Below are positions 1 to 9,222 of a stretch of DNA of 34,623 nt, in pieces. Source of the DNA: Christensenellaceae bacterium (GTDB lineage Bacteria > Bacillota > Clostridia > Christensenellales > Borkfalkiaceae); contig JAZOMM010000065.1 of assembly GCA_045653965.1 (NCBI GenBank), forward strand, positions 1 through 34,623, read 5' to 3'. Within the stretch, counting starts at the first letter, position 1. Each line of letters begins with the position of its first letter. The notes below the pieces were generated by a model. The model searched no databases, was not told where the DNA came from, and saw only the letters and a list, made by a program, of their open reading frames with translations. The position numbers and the translations under genes are program-made.

Positions 1-1
1 T

Positions 2-475
2 GGTAGAGATACAGAAGTTACAAAAGCACGTATGGATGAACTTAAAACATCTGGTAAATATGCAATTTCAGAAAAAGAATTAAAAACTCTTGAAAAAGAA
101 TTTTATGCAAACTTTACTGATGAAATTGACTGCAAAGAAACAATTAAAGATGTTTTTGAAGAATATGGCTATGTTTTAGATACACATACATCAGTTGCAT
201 ATTCAGTTGCGCAAGACTTTATTATTCAAACAAATAACACAAATCCTGTAGTTATTTTGTCAACGGCAAGTCCATATAAGTTTTCACATGATGTTTTATC
301 AGCAATAAACGAAAAAGCACCTTTAGATGCCTTTAAGTGTGCTGATAAATTGTTTGAAATTAGTGCTAGTCCTATTCCAAACCAAATTTTAGAGTTAAAA
401 CAAAAGGAAAAGAGATTTACAAAAGTTATAGAAAAGTCGCAAACAGTAGACGTTGTTTTAGATTTTATTAAATAA
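2..475 (+). CDS. thrC: threonine synthase, C-terminal part (5' end lies outside window)
   Basis: The frame of ORF 32..475 stays open back to nt 2. The C-terminal block ...VVILSTASPYKFSHDV... resembles the long-form ThrC C-terminus (E. coli TAHPAKF region). Confidence 0.75.
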   Translation, partial: GRDTEVTKARMDELKTSGKYAISEKELKTLEKEFYANFTDEIDCKETIKDVFEEYGYVLDTHTSVAYSVAQDFIIQTNNTNPVVILSTASPYKFSHDVLSAINEKAPLDAFKCADKLFEISASPIPNQILELKQKEKRFTKVIEKSQTVDVVLDFIK

Positions 476-506
476 TTCAAGGAAAATTAAAGTTAGGTAT
501 AATATA

Positions 507-1511
507 ATGGAAGATAAGAAAATATTGTTTAGTGCAATACAACCAAGTGGAATACTAACAATTGGCAACTATTTGGGTGCACTTAGAAATTTTAGAAAAT
601 TACAAGACGATTATAATAGTGTTTTTTCTATTGCAGACTTACATACTTTAACTGTTAAGCAAGACCCAGCAATACTTAGAAAAAATACATACGAATTAAC
701 GGCATTATATTTAGCGTGTGGAATTAAAGCAGACCAATCAATACTATTTGCTCAGTCACATGTTTCTGCACACGCTGAACTCGCTTGGATTTTAAACACC
801 ATTTGTTATCCTGGCGAACTTTCAAGAATGACTCAGTTTAAGGATAAGAGTCAAAAACACGAAGATAATATCAATATGGGCTTAATGGACTATCCTGTGT
901 TAATGGCTGCTGATATTTTACTTTACCAAACAGAACTCGTTCCAATCGGTGCAGACCAAAAACAACACCTAGAACTTGCTAGAGACCTTGCAATTCGTTT
1001 TAATAACAGGTTTGGCGAAACATTTAAAGTTCCAGAAGGTTATATCGGCAAATCTTGTGCAAGGGTTATGAGTCTAGCAGAGCCAGAAAGAAAAATGAGC
1101 AAGTCTGATGCTAACTTAAATGCATTTATATCTATGGATGACGACCCTGACACAATTATTAGAAAATTCAAAAGGGCAGTTACCGATAGTGATAATAAAA
1201 TTGTTTTCTCACCAGAAAAACCTGGTATCAGCAATCTTTTATCTATTTATACGGCATTTGCTAATAAAACAATAGAAGACGCTGAAAGAGAATTTGAAGG
1301 CGTTGGTTATGGCGACTTTAAACTTGCAGTAGGAAAAGCAGTTTGCGATGTTATCGAACCTATTAGACAAGAAAAGAATAAGTTACTCGCTGACAAGGCA
1401 TATTTAGATGAAGTGCTAAAAAGTGGTGCAGAAAGGGCTGAAAGGCTTGCATATAGAACGCTTTCTAAAGTTTATAAAAAAGTTGGCTTAGTGCCAAGAA
1501 AAAGAGGTTAA
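507..1511 (+). CDS. trpS: tryptophan--tRNA ligase
   Basis: 334 aa. Class I aaRS signatures are an N-terminal TIGNYLGA (HIGH-equivalent) and a KMSKS motif. Length is typical of bacterial TrpRS. Confidence 0.95.
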   Translation: MEDKKILFSAIQPSGILTIGNYLGALRNFRKLQDDYNSVFSIADLHTLTVKQDPAILRKNTYELTALYLACGIKADQSILFAQSHVSAHAELAWILNTICYPGELSRMTQFKDKSQKHEDNINMGLMDYPVLMAADILLYQTELVPIGADQKQHLELARDLAIRFNNRFGETFKVPEGYIGKSCARVMSLAEPERKMSKSDANLNAFISMDDDPDTIIRKFKRAVTDSDNKIVFSPEKPGISNLLSIYTAFANKTIEDAEREFEGVGYGDFKLAVGKAVCDVIEPIRQEKNKLLADKAYLDEVLKSGAERAERLAYRTLSKVYKKVGLVPRKRG

Positions 1512-1512
1512 A

Positions 1513-2379
1513 ATGTTTGGTTATATTAAAGCCGACCTACCAAATATGTATGTAAAAGATACAGTGCTTTATCAAGCAATGTATTGCTCTTTATGTAAAG
1601 GTATAGGACAAACTTGTGGGCAAAAAGCAAGGTTTGCCCTTAACTATGACCTTACATTTTTGTCGGTTTTAATGCACAATCTTATGGGTGAAGATGTTAA
1701 GGTTGAAAAACAACATTGCGTAGTTCACTTAATAAGAAAAAGACCAATTGCACTAACTGATGACTTGACAAAGAGAATTGCCACCTTAAATGTAATACTT
1801 GCATATCACAAACTTAATGATGACGTTATTGATAGTGGTAAGGGAAGAATTAAAAGGTCGTTTTTCAAAAAGGCATATAAAAAGGCAAAGAGATTAGAGC
1901 CTGAAATGGATAGTGCCGTAAAGAAAATGTACGATGAACTTTTAAGGCTTGAAAAGGCTAAGTGTGATAGCATGGATATGATAGCCGACCCATTTGGCAA
2001 TATGATGCAAGATATTGTTAAAATCATAATGCAGGACAAGTTGACTGAAGAAGTGAGTGAACTTGCTTATTATTTAGGAAAGTGGATTTATTTAATCGAT
2101 GCACTTGATGATTTTGACAAGGATAAAAAGAAAAAAAATTATAACGTGTTTATTTGCTCTTATAAAGATGTAAATACTCAAGATGAACTAATTTGCAAAT
2201 ATAAACAAGACTTAATTTTGGTGTTTTCATCTGTTTTAAGTCGAATAGGCGAGTTAACATCAAAAATCAATTACAAATTTAATCACGATTTAATTGACAA
2301 TGTATTATATAGGGGACTTAGTGCCCAAACTAAAAGGATAATGGAGAAAGAAAAATGCAAAAATACTTCGAAATTTTAG
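1513..2379 (+). CDS. conserved hypothetical protein (resembles DUF5685 family)
   Basis: 288-aa ORF starting 2 nt after the trpS stop. The N-terminal MFGYIK...YCSLCKGIG motif is as I recall for the Firmicute DUF5685 family. Family assignment is from memory, not a search. Confidence 0.6.
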   Translation: MFGYIKADLPNMYVKDTVLYQAMYCSLCKGIGQTCGQKARFALNYDLTFLSVLMHNLMGEDVKVEKQHCVVHLIRKRPIALTDDLTKRIATLNVILAYHKLNDDVIDSGKGRIKRSFFKKAYKKAKRLEPEMDSAVKKMYDELLRLEKAKCDSMDMIADPFGNMMQDIVKIIMQDKLTEEVSELAYYLGKWIYLIDALDDFDKDKKKKNYNVFICSYKDVNTQDELICKYKQDLILVFSSVLSRIGELTSKINYKFNHDLIDNVLYRGLSAQTKRIMEKEKCKNTSKF

Positions 2380-2954
2380 GATTGCCAGTAACGGCGACTG
2401 ATGAAGAAATTGAAAATGCTTATAAAACCTTAAAAGAAAAATATTCTCGTGAACGCTTTTTAGAAGGCGAAAAAGGTAATGAAGCAGCAAAACAACTTAC
2501 AAAAATTGAAACGGCTTATAATGAAATTATGGAAAATAGAAAAGCAAATTCAAGTGATTTAAATAGTTTTGTTACAGTTGAAGAATTGATTAAGGCTGGC
2601 AACATTTCTCTTGCACAATCTAAACTTGATGACATTTCTGATAGAAATGCAGAGTGGCATTATCTTCAATCGGTTATTTTCTACAAAAAGAATTGGCTTA
2701 ACGAAAGTAAAAAACAACTTGAAATTGCTATGAATATTGAGCCACACAATAATAAATATGCCGAGGCTTATACAAGACTTAAAGATAAGATGGAATATAA
2801 TAACAGACAATATAATAATGGTTATTATGGCAATCAAAGTCAGCAACAAACATCTCAACAAATGGGTGGAACAGATAGTAACGGCTGTGTTAATGACTGT
2901 TTAACACTTTGTTGTATGAATATGATGTGCAATATGTGTTTGAATTGTAGATAA
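2355..2954 (+). CDS. J-domain-like protein lacking the HPD motif, with Cys-rich C-terminal tail
   Basis: The N-terminus YFEILGLPVTATDEEIENAYKTLKEKY matches J-domain helices I-II, but HPD is replaced by SRE. The C-terminus NGCVNDCLTLCCMNMMCNMCLNCR has 7 Cys in the last 24 aa. It overlaps the upstream gene by 25 nt. Confidence 0.7.
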   Translation: MQKYFEILGLPVTATDEEIENAYKTLKEKYSRERFLEGEKGNEAAKQLTKIETAYNEIMENRKANSSDLNSFVTVEELIKAGNISLAQSKLDDISDRNAEWHYLQSVIFYKKNWLNESKKQLEIAMNIEPHNNKYAEAYTRLKDKMEYNNRQYNNGYYGNQSQQQTSQQMGGTDSNGCVNDCLTLCCMNMMCNMCLNCR

Positions 2955-3484
2955 TGAAAAGCAAAGTAGTTTCTTTATCGGCAATTTCGGCAAGTTTTAT
3001 TGCCGTTGCTTTAATTATAGGCACTTATTTTGAATTAGCAGACCTATTTATGCTGGTCGTTGCTTCGATTTTCGTTTTATTACCTTTGTATCTTAAATCA
3101 TACAAAGGTAGTTTTCTTGCTTTTTTAGTGGGGGGAATAATCGCAATTTTAATAAGTGGCTTTAATTTTACCCTTATTTATCCGGCATATTTTGGCTTTT
3201 TTGGAATTTATCCAATTATAAAAATGAAAATGCTTGAAAAAAGGATTAGCAAACCAGTAAATATAATAGTGGGCATAGTTTGGTTTTTGGTTGTATCATA
3301 TGTGTGCTACTATTACTACTTGATCGTACTTAATGGGGTTTTTGAAGGGTTACCTTATTGGATAGAAAAATATCTAGTTTACTTTATAGGCTTAATCGCT
3401 ATAGTATTTTTCTTTTTTTATGATAGGTTTGTTATCGTTATGAAATATAATTTAGATAAGTATTTATCTAAAATTGTTAAATAG
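2954..3484 (+). CDS. integral membrane protein, unknown function
   Basis: 176 aa with about 5 hydrophobic helices. The start ATG overlaps the upstream TAA by 1 nt (TAATG), indicating translational coupling. Confidence 0.7.
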   Translation: MKSKVVSLSAISASFIAVALIIGTYFELADLFMLVVASIFVLLPLYLKSYKGSFLAFLVGGIIAILISGFNFTLIYPAYFGFFGIYPIIKMKMLEKRISKPVNIIVGIVWFLVVSYVCYYYYLIVLNGVFEGLPYWIEKYLVYFIGLIAIVFFFFYDRFVIVMKYNLDKYLSKIVK

Positions 3485-3492
3485 GAAAGTTT

Positions 3493-4896
3493 ATGGAGAA
3501 AAATCAAGAATACATCGGCACTGTTTGTGCTATAGGCTCAAATGGTGAAGGCATTATTAAGCAAGATAATGCCATAATATTTGTCCCATATACACTGGTG
3601 GGCGAAAAAGTTAGGTTCAAAGTGCTAAAAGTGGCATCAAAATGCGTTTATGCCAAAGCACTTGAAATCTTAACACCTGCTGAAATTCGTGTTAGGGCAA
3701 AATGTCCGGTATTCACTAAGTGTGGTGGCTGTCAATTACAACATATTAAATATCAAAACCAACTCTCCATAAAAGAACAATCAATAAAAGAAACGTTTAG
3801 AAAGGTGGCTGGCATTGATGTAGAAGTCTCTCAAACAGTTTGTGGAGATAATGAGTTTAGATATCGCAACAAACTTCAACTGCCTGTCAGTTCAACTGAT
3901 AAAGGCACGGTAATTGGGTTTTATGCAGAAAATTCGCATAGAGTTGTGCCTATAACAGATTGCCCTATAAATGCTTTTTGGACAAAAGATATTATTTCAG
4001 CCTTTACGAAATATATAAATGATTATAATATAATAGGTTATAACGAATTTACTAATACGGGCGATTTAAGAGAAATCACTGTTAAAGAAATAAACGGCAA
4101 TCTTATTATAACTGCAGTTATTCTTAATCCAAAAATTAGGGGATTAAATAATCTTGCAGATATTATAAATGAGTTTGTAAAATTGCCATTTTCACTCTAT
4201 ATTAACATAAATAATAAACAAACTAATGTTATTTATGGAGAAGAATTTAACCTTATATATGGTAATGCTGATTATACTAGCGAAATGCTTGGCATTAAGT
4301 ATAAAATCGGCGTTCAAAGTTTTATGCAAGTAAATAATTCGGTTTGCAACAAACTTTATTCTAATGTAAAATCGATTGTAAATGCAAATGAAAACACAGT
4401 TGTAATCGATGCATATAGTGGTGCTGGTTTAATGACTGCAATACTTGCTAAAAATGCAAAAAAAGCAATAGGTGTTGAAATTATTGCAGAGGCTGTTGAT
4501 TGTGCAAATGAACTTGCTAAAATAAATAAACTTGACCATAAAATTACTAACTATTTGGGTAAGTGTGAAGACATTTTACCAAAACTTATTGCCGATGAAA
4601 AGAAAAATAATAGCGATGTTTGCCTTGTTTTAGACCCGCCAAGAAAAGGCTGTGACATTAAGGTGATAAATTCTATTATTAAAAGTAATATTGATAAAAT
4701 CATTTACGTATCTTGTAAGCCTTCAACTTTGGCTAGAGATGTAGGACTTTTAGTTGGCACATTGGGTGCTGTAGATGGCGAAATTAAAAAGATAGAAAAT
4801 CCTAATCCTAGATACGAAATAAAACTTGTAAAACCGTTTGATATGTTTGCTCAAACAAAACACGTTGAAAGTGTCGTTTGTCTCACGAGAAAATGA
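3493..4896 (+). CDS. rlmD: 23S rRNA (uracil-5-)-methyltransferase, RlmD/RumA family
   Basis: 467 aa. It has a TRAM-like N-terminus, an Fe-S Cys cluster (CPVFTKCGGCQLQH), a SAM motif VIDAYSGAGL, LDPPRKG, and a C-terminal catalytic-type SCKP. Confidence 0.85.
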   Translation: MEKNQEYIGTVCAIGSNGEGIIKQDNAIIFVPYTLVGEKVRFKVLKVASKCVYAKALEILTPAEIRVRAKCPVFTKCGGCQLQHIKYQNQLSIKEQSIKETFRKVAGIDVEVSQTVCGDNEFRYRNKLQLPVSSTDKGTVIGFYAENSHRVVPITDCPINAFWTKDIISAFTKYINDYNIIGYNEFTNTGDLREITVKEINGNLIITAVILNPKIRGLNNLADIINEFVKLPFSLYININNKQTNVIYGEEFNLIYGNADYTSEMLGIKYKIGVQSFMQVNNSVCNKLYSNVKSIVNANENTVVIDAYSGAGLMTAILAKNAKKAIGVEIIAEAVDCANELAKINKLDHKITNYLGKCEDILPKLIADEKKNNSDVCLVLDPPRKGCDIKVINSIIKSNIDKIIYVSCKPSTLARDVGLLVGTLGAVDGEIKKIENPNPRYEIKLVKPFDMFAQTKHVESVVCLTRK

Positions 4897-5086
4897 GCCA
4901 AAATCAGCTTAAAATAGGCAAAATCAAGCCGTTTCGAGCGATTTTGAGATAAAAATCCCAAAAAACGGTGTTTAAAAACAAAAAATGTTCCAAAAACGAC
5001 TTGGGACAAAAGCGATTTTCGAGCAAAACTCGAAAGTACATTTTACAGCAGTACGGTATAACATATCGAAAACATAGGAGAAAAGT

Positions 5087-5929
5087 ATGAGCAATATTAT
5101 TCAAGCAATTTACAACATTTATCATTGCCCTGTTTATAAGACAGGAGAACATTACTATGTAAAAAACAGAGCCAACAATATGGGCGATGCATTAGAGCAT
5201 TTTATAAAAGACTCTTTTGCTAACTCTTATGGTCTTGACGAAGCTGATGCTATGAGAGCGCATTCCGAGACATTTGCTTATCTTGGAAATCAGAACAATC
5301 CCCCTGATGCTATATTGCGTGGTGGTGATGCTATCGAAGTCAAGAAAATAGAATCTCCTACTTCGGCATTAGCATTGAACAGCTCTTATCCCAAAGCAAA
5401 AATTTACCGTGACAGCACTATGCTTACTACAGCTTGTAAATCTTGTGATGGTGGCACTTGGGATGAAAAGGATTTAATTTTCGCAGTAGGAGTTGTTAAT
5501 AACGAAGAAATCAAACAGCTTTGCTTTGTGTATGGTGAAGACTATGCAGCCAGCCGTGAAATATATGAGAGGATACGCACGCAAATTAAGAATGGTGTCC
5601 TTGAAATTCCCGACATCGAATTTGCGGAAACCAACGAACTTGGCAGAGTGAATCATGTCGATCCTCTCGGAATTACATATTTGAGATTGCGTGGAATGTG
5701 GCACATTGAAAATCCGTTCCGAGTTTTCAGATATGCATACGAGTTTGATAATACAAAGTCGTTCAATTTTCTTGCTATTATCAATTTTGAAAAATATGAA
5801 TCTTTCCCGAAAGCTGATAGGATTTTAATTGAACACGAAATCGGGATTGATATAAAGTTCAGAGAAATAAGAGACCCCAACAATCCTGCTATGATGAAAA
5901 AAGTAGTAGTAATCACATTTGCGAGGTAA
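5087..5929 (+). CDS. type II restriction endonuclease, NgoPII-like (predicted GGCC)
   Basis: 280-aa ORF with an AGGAG RBS, immediately upstream of a HaeIII/NgoPII-like C5 methyltransferase. Length and blocks such as [21 protein letters not shown] and [20 protein letters not shown] fit my recollection of the R.NgoPII family. Not verified by search. Confidence 0.6.
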   Translation: MSNIIQAIYNIYHCPVYKTGEHYYVKNRANNMGDALEHFIKDSFANSYGLDEADAMRAHSETFAYLGNQNNPPDAILRGGDAIEVKKIESPTSALALNSSYPKAKIYRDSTMLTTACKSCDGGTWDEKDLIFAVGVVNNEEIKQLCFVYGEDYAASREIYERIRTQIKNGVLEIPDIEFAETNELGRVNHVDPLGITYLRLRGMWHIENPFRVFRYAYEFDNTKSFNFLAIINFEKYESFPKADRILIEHEIGIDIKFREIRDPNNPAMMKKVVVITFAR

Positions 5930-5936
5930 CAAAGAT

Positions 5937-6914
5937 TTGAAAGTTGTAAGTTTATTTTCCGGGGCAGGTGGCATGGACTTGGGCTTTGAAAAAGCCGGGT
6001 TTAAAATCGTTTTTGCCAATGAGTTCGACAAAACAATATGGGCAACATACGAAAGAAATCATACTGCTCCGCTTGACAGAAGAGATATTCGTCTTATTCC
6101 TTCCGAAGAAATCCCTGAATGCGACGGCATTATCGGTGGACCTCCTTGCCAAAGCTGGAGCGAGGCCGGGGCTTTGCGTGGTATAAATGACGAGCGAGGA
6201 AAGTTGTTTTATGAGTACATTCGCATTTTGAAGGACAAGCAACCGAAGTTTTTTGTTGCAGAAAATGTTTCGGGTATGCTTGCCGATATGCATCGTGAAG
6301 CGGTTCAAAATATAATCCAAAGCTTTGAAAACGCGGGATATAACATATCTGTCACACTTGTAAATGCGGTGGATTATGGCGTTCCGCAGGATAGAAAAAG
6401 AGTTTTTTATGTGGGTATACGCAAAGATTTGAATATGCGATTTACTTTCCCCGAACCTCAAAAAAGAAAGTACACATTATACGATGCCATTTGGGATTTA
6501 AGAGAAACCGCAATCCCTGCATTAAAATCCAACAAAACGAATGGAGAAAATTGTAAATTCCTCAATCATGAATATATGATAGGTGGCTTTTCCACTATCT
6601 ATATGTCACGTAATCGTGTTCGCTCATGGGACGAGCCTTCCTTTACCATTCAAGCGGGAGGTCGTCATGCCCCTATACACCCACAAGCTCCTAAAATGGT
6701 GTTTATAGAAAAGAACAAACGAGAATTTGTAAAAGGTAAAGAGGATTTGTATCGCAGATTGAGTGTTAGAGAATGTGCAAGGATTCAAACATTCCCCGAT
6801 ACCTTTGAATTTGTGTATACAGATGTTGCCGATGCATACAAAATGATTGGCAATGCCGTGCCTGTAAACTTGGCGTTTGCTGTGGCAAATAAAATACAAC
6901 AAATTCTGATATGA
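5937..6914 (+). CDS. DNA (cytosine-5)-methyltransferase, HaeIII/NgoPII-like (predicted GGCC specificity)
   Basis: Canonical m5C motifs are present: FSGAGG (I), GGPPCQSWS (IV), ENV (VI), QDRKR (VIII), GNAVP (X). It is close to M.HaeIII through the variable/TRD region (NHEY.IG..STI.MSRNRVR.W.EP.FT.QA.GR....HPQAP). The track ORF starts at TTG 5919. TTG 5937 has a GAGGT RBS 9 nt upstream and matches the M.HaeIII N-terminus better. Confidence 0.9.
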   Translation: MKVVSLFSGAGGMDLGFEKAGFKIVFANEFDKTIWATYERNHTAPLDRRDIRLIPSEEIPECDGIIGGPPCQSWSEAGALRGINDERGKLFYEYIRILKDKQPKFFVAENVSGMLADMHREAVQNIIQSFENAGYNISVTLVNAVDYGVPQDRKRVFYVGIRKDLNMRFTFPEPQKRKYTLYDAIWDLRETAIPALKSNKTNGENCKFLNHEYMIGGFSTIYMSRNRVRSWDEPSFTIQAGGRHAPIHPQAPKMVFIEKNKREFVKGKEDLYRRLSVRECARIQTFPDTFEFVYTDVADAYKMIGNAVPVNLAFAVANKIQQILI

Positions 6915-6987
6915 TATGTTTCCAAGAACCAATCCGCAAGTTTAACCAATGATGACTTGTGTCGAAATTTAGGGACAAATGTCACTT

Positions 6988-7058
6988 TTCACCCCCACAA
7001 AATATACCTTTTGGAGTTTCCACCCCCGTTTTGGGCATAAAAATATACCTATTGGAGT
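6988..7058. repeat. two tandem imperfect repeats (CACCCC ... AAAATATACCTnTTGGAGT) in the 3' flank of the R-M pair
   Basis: 6990-7017 reads cacccccacaaaatataccttttggagt. 7021-7057 reads cacccccgttttgggcataaaaatatacctattggagt. The shared blocks are cacccc, aaaatatacct and ttggagt. Confidence 0.5.
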
Positions 7059-7116
7059 CTTGACCCATGTTGAAACTTTAGTTGTTTTAGAAAAGATTTA
7101 ACAAATATATAAAATT

Positions 7117-7150
7117 AGCACTCACTAGTTTTTGCTAGTGAGTGCTTTTC
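7117..7150 (+). terminator. rho-independent terminator downstream of the R-M pair
   Basis: agcactcactag-tttt-tgctagtgagtgct gives a perfect 12-13 bp stem, followed by tttc. Confidence 0.8.
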
Positions 7151-7227
7151 TTTATAAAAAGTTTTTTCTAAATCATAAATAATAATCTTAATTAGTATAT
7201 ATAATGTAAGGCTATTTATATAGCAAA

Positions 7228-7968
7228 ATGATAGTTAAAGTTTTGGTGAATATGTTTGTAATAAAAAGAAAAAATATAATTATAGTTTGCGTGCTTATAA
7301 TAACATTTTTGACATTTATAATGTGTTTTGGTGCAATAAAAATTAATCCTGTTGGTCGAGCATACGCTAACAAAATTAAAATAGTTTTAGATGCTGGTCA
7401 TGGTGGAATTGATGGTGGCGTAAGTGGGGTAAGAACAGGTATAAAAGAAAGTGAACTCAACTTAAAAGTTGTTAAAAAACTTGAAAAAATTCTAGTTGAT
7501 GCAGGTATGGCTGTTGTTTTAACAAGAAATTCTGAAGCAGGTTTATATGGCGTTGCAAATAGCAGTTTAAAGCGCAAAGATATGGAAAAAAGAAGGGATA
7601 TAATTAAAAAGGTTAAGCCAACGCTTGTAATAAGCATTCATATGAATCAATATACTCTCTCAACACGCCGTGGCGCACAAGCCTTTTATAATAAAGATAA
7701 CGAAAATAGTAAATTACTTGCAGAGTGCGTTCAACAAAGTTTTAACGAAATGACAGAGGCTGTTAGACAAAGTTCAGCACTTGAAGGTGATTATTACATA
7801 GTAAAATGCAGTGAATACCCAACAATTATTGCAGAGTGTGGTTTTTTATCAAACCCTGATGATGAAGCACTTTTAATTAGCGACAAATATCAAGAAAGCC
7901 TTGCATATAATATTTTTAAGGGAATTTCATTGTATTTAGCCCAAACAACATTTATATATAATCAATAA
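7228..7968 (+). CDS. cwlD: N-acetylmuramoyl-L-alanine amidase, CwlD-like (Amidase_3)
   Basis: An N-terminal TM helix is followed by LDAGHGGIDGG, a KRKDMEKRRDII block, SIHMN and ECGFLSNPDDE. This layout is collinear with B. subtilis CwlD. Confidence 0.75.
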   Translation: MIVKVLVNMFVIKRKNIIIVCVLIITFLTFIMCFGAIKINPVGRAYANKIKIVLDAGHGGIDGGVSGVRTGIKESELNLKVVKKLEKILVDAGMAVVLTRNSEAGLYGVANSSLKRKDMEKRRDIIKKVKPTLVISIHMNQYTLSTRRGAQAFYNKDNENSKLLAECVQQSFNEMTEAVRQSSALEGDYYIVKCSEYPTIIAECGFLSNPDDEALLISDKYQESLAYNIFKGISLYLAQTTFIYNQ

Positions 7969-7975
7969 TTATTTA

Positions 7976-8033
7976 GCCCGAATGTAAAAATTCGGGCTTT
8001 CCTATTGTATTTTTGAGAAAAGTATTGTATAAT
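7976..8033 (+). repeat. 58-nt terminator+promoter module, copy 1 (left boundary of three-gene cassette)
   Basis: It has the hairpin gcccgaat-gtaaaa-attcgggc plus a T-rich tail, then TTGTAT-17nt-TATAAT. 52/58 nt are identical, ungapped, to 12193-12250. Confidence 0.85.
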
Positions 8034-8076
8034 TAATGTAAAATATTAACAAAAAAAGGCTCGTTAAGGGGTGTTT

Positions 8077-9204
8077 ATGGAACTTATATCTCATAACAAA
8101 TTTGACTTATCAAAGCATTGTGGTCATATTGTGCTTTTATATGTGGACACTATGGAGGGCAAAGTTACAAAAATAAAAGAAGCATTGGAGATGGCTGGCT
8201 TTGTATATTATAGTTATCCAGTTTCAATTATAGGTAAAAATACATCATATGATGCAAGTGAAATTTTTGATAATTGCTCTTGCTTGATAAGTGTTTTTTC
8301 AGAAGAGTTTTTCAAAGAAGAAAATGAGTTTGTTAAAAACCAGTTTTTTTATCATATAGGTTATGTTTGTGGTTTAAATAAAAATTCCGTTTTACCATTT
8401 TGCTTAGAAAAATCGCACAATATTACTTTGGAAAGAACTCCACTGCAAAAATTAGACTTCATAACAACTATTGAAGGCTTGTTTGATGCCTTAAATTCAA
8501 GATTTTCAAGCAAAATTTTAAGATATAATTTTTATAGTAATTATATGGTTAATAAATATGCTACTTCTAGAATTTTTTATAGGTGTTTACATTTAAAGTT
8601 TAAGATTTATAACACAGCCTTTCAAAATGCTAAAATTTATTATGAAGATTTTTTCTCGAGAGCCATTTCGGACAATGCTTTTGACGAAATTTTATCTGAA
8701 AATTTAATATGTGGTTGTAAAATCATTAGTTTTGGTAATGACAGGCACCTAACTCCACAAATGCTTCCTTATAAAGATGAAGTTTATGCTAGAGTTGATG
8801 ATTATCCACAAATAATATCAGGAAAGAAAGCTTATACTTTGCTTTCAAAAGAAAATCAAGAAAAAACAGGTGTTAGGGCAGAATTAACAATGGATATATT
8901 GATGCCTATCCATAAACTTTTAGGCTCTTACTTCAAATGTTTTATTACAAGTAAACAAGAAAAATATCCTGTTTATTTACTTTTGTCGCTGTTTGAAGGT
9001 GACTTTATTGATGAGCAACCAGAGTTTAGGGATAATGTGCTAGAAAGTGTTGAATATTGGAAAAGCATATACCCAAAAGAAACATTTATAGATGAAGAAA
9101 ATAGCCGTTTCTACTTTGGTATAGGTTTAACAAGCAATAATGAAATAGAAGTAGATGAGTCTCTTAAAATAGGCGACTCTTTAGATTATATGTTCCCACA
9201 ATAA
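8077..9204 (+). CDS. degenerate TIR-like protein, full-length paralog of the downstream gene
   Basis: The track ORF starts at GTG 8071. ATG 8077 has an AAGGGG RBS 5 nt upstream. There are three collinear blocks shared with the next protein. In the first, CLISVFS..FFYHIGYVCG aligns with AVVILTK..WVNYEMGYLRG. In the second, ILMPIHKLLGSYFKCFI aligns with NLPVHKIYGTEFKFII. The third is a C-terminal ENSRFYF / ENRIYL block. The position of the TIR catalytic Glu is His (codon 8353-8355). Confidence 0.55.
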   Translation: MELISHNKFDLSKHCGHIVLLYVDTMEGKVTKIKEALEMAGFVYYSYPVSIIGKNTSYDASEIFDNCSCLISVFSEEFFKEENEFVKNQFFYHIGYVCGLNKNSVLPFCLEKSHNITLERTPLQKLDFITTIEGLFDALNSRFSSKILRYNFYSNYMVNKYATSRIFYRCLHLKFKIYNTAFQNAKIYYEDFFSRAISDNAFDEILSENLICGCKIISFGNDRHLTPQMLPYKDEVYARVDDYPQIISGKKAYTLLSKENQEKTGVRAELTMDILMPIHKLLGSYFKCFITSKQEKYPVYLLLSLFEGDFIDEQPEFRDNVLESVEYWKSIYPKETFIDEENSRFYFGIGLTSNNEIEVDESLKIGDSLDYMFPQ

Positions 9205-9222
9205 GAAAAAGGAATAAATAAA

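Noticed and set aside
226-480. Many antisense or alternate-frame ORFs of 60-170 aa lie inside well-supported genes. Minus strand: 226..480, 1040..1234, 1806..2039, 2305..2490, 2559..2861, 5474..5704, 5653..5916, 5825..6031, 5952..6461, 6624..6932, 6766..6978, 6785..6985, 7398..7637, 14128..14424, 15106..15450, 15862..16167, 16245..16454, 16619..16840, 25436..25756, 27452..27742, 28502..28738, 28985..29179, 29291..29533, 29359..29607, 31210..31527. Plus strand: 5968..6186, 17209..17451, 17592..17792, 17796..18017, 18039..18377, 19206..19409, 20314..20520, 21497..21712, 23710..23910, 26570..26782.
   Set aside because: Each is embedded in a longer ORF with clear family motifs. They have no RBS context that I could see and low-complexity or odd composition. 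In AT-rich DNA such shadow ORFs are expected by chance.
476-506. I looked for T-box riboswitch leaders upstream of trpS (476-506) and tyrS (28233-28414), as is common in Firmicutes.
   Set aside because: The trpS gap is only 31 nt. The tyrS leader from the consensus promoter is about 50 nt, and I found no T-box consensus (..GGGTGGTACCGCG..) or specifier/antiterminator architecture. Absence is noted, but it is not a positive feature.
4904-5152. An 82-aa minus-strand ORF spanning the rlmD / R-M intergenic region.
   Set aside because: It overlaps the start of the restriction endonuclease gene, has no recognisable motif or RBS, and sits in repeat-rich non-coding flank. It is most likely spurious.
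4957-7044. Possible inverted repeats bounding the R-M island: cccaaaaaacggtg at 4957-4970 versus cacccccgttttggg at 7021-7035.
   Set aside because: Only about 10-11 nt are complementary, with an indel, in A/T- and homopolymer-rich sequence. That is too weak to call terminal inverted repeats without genome-wide statistics.
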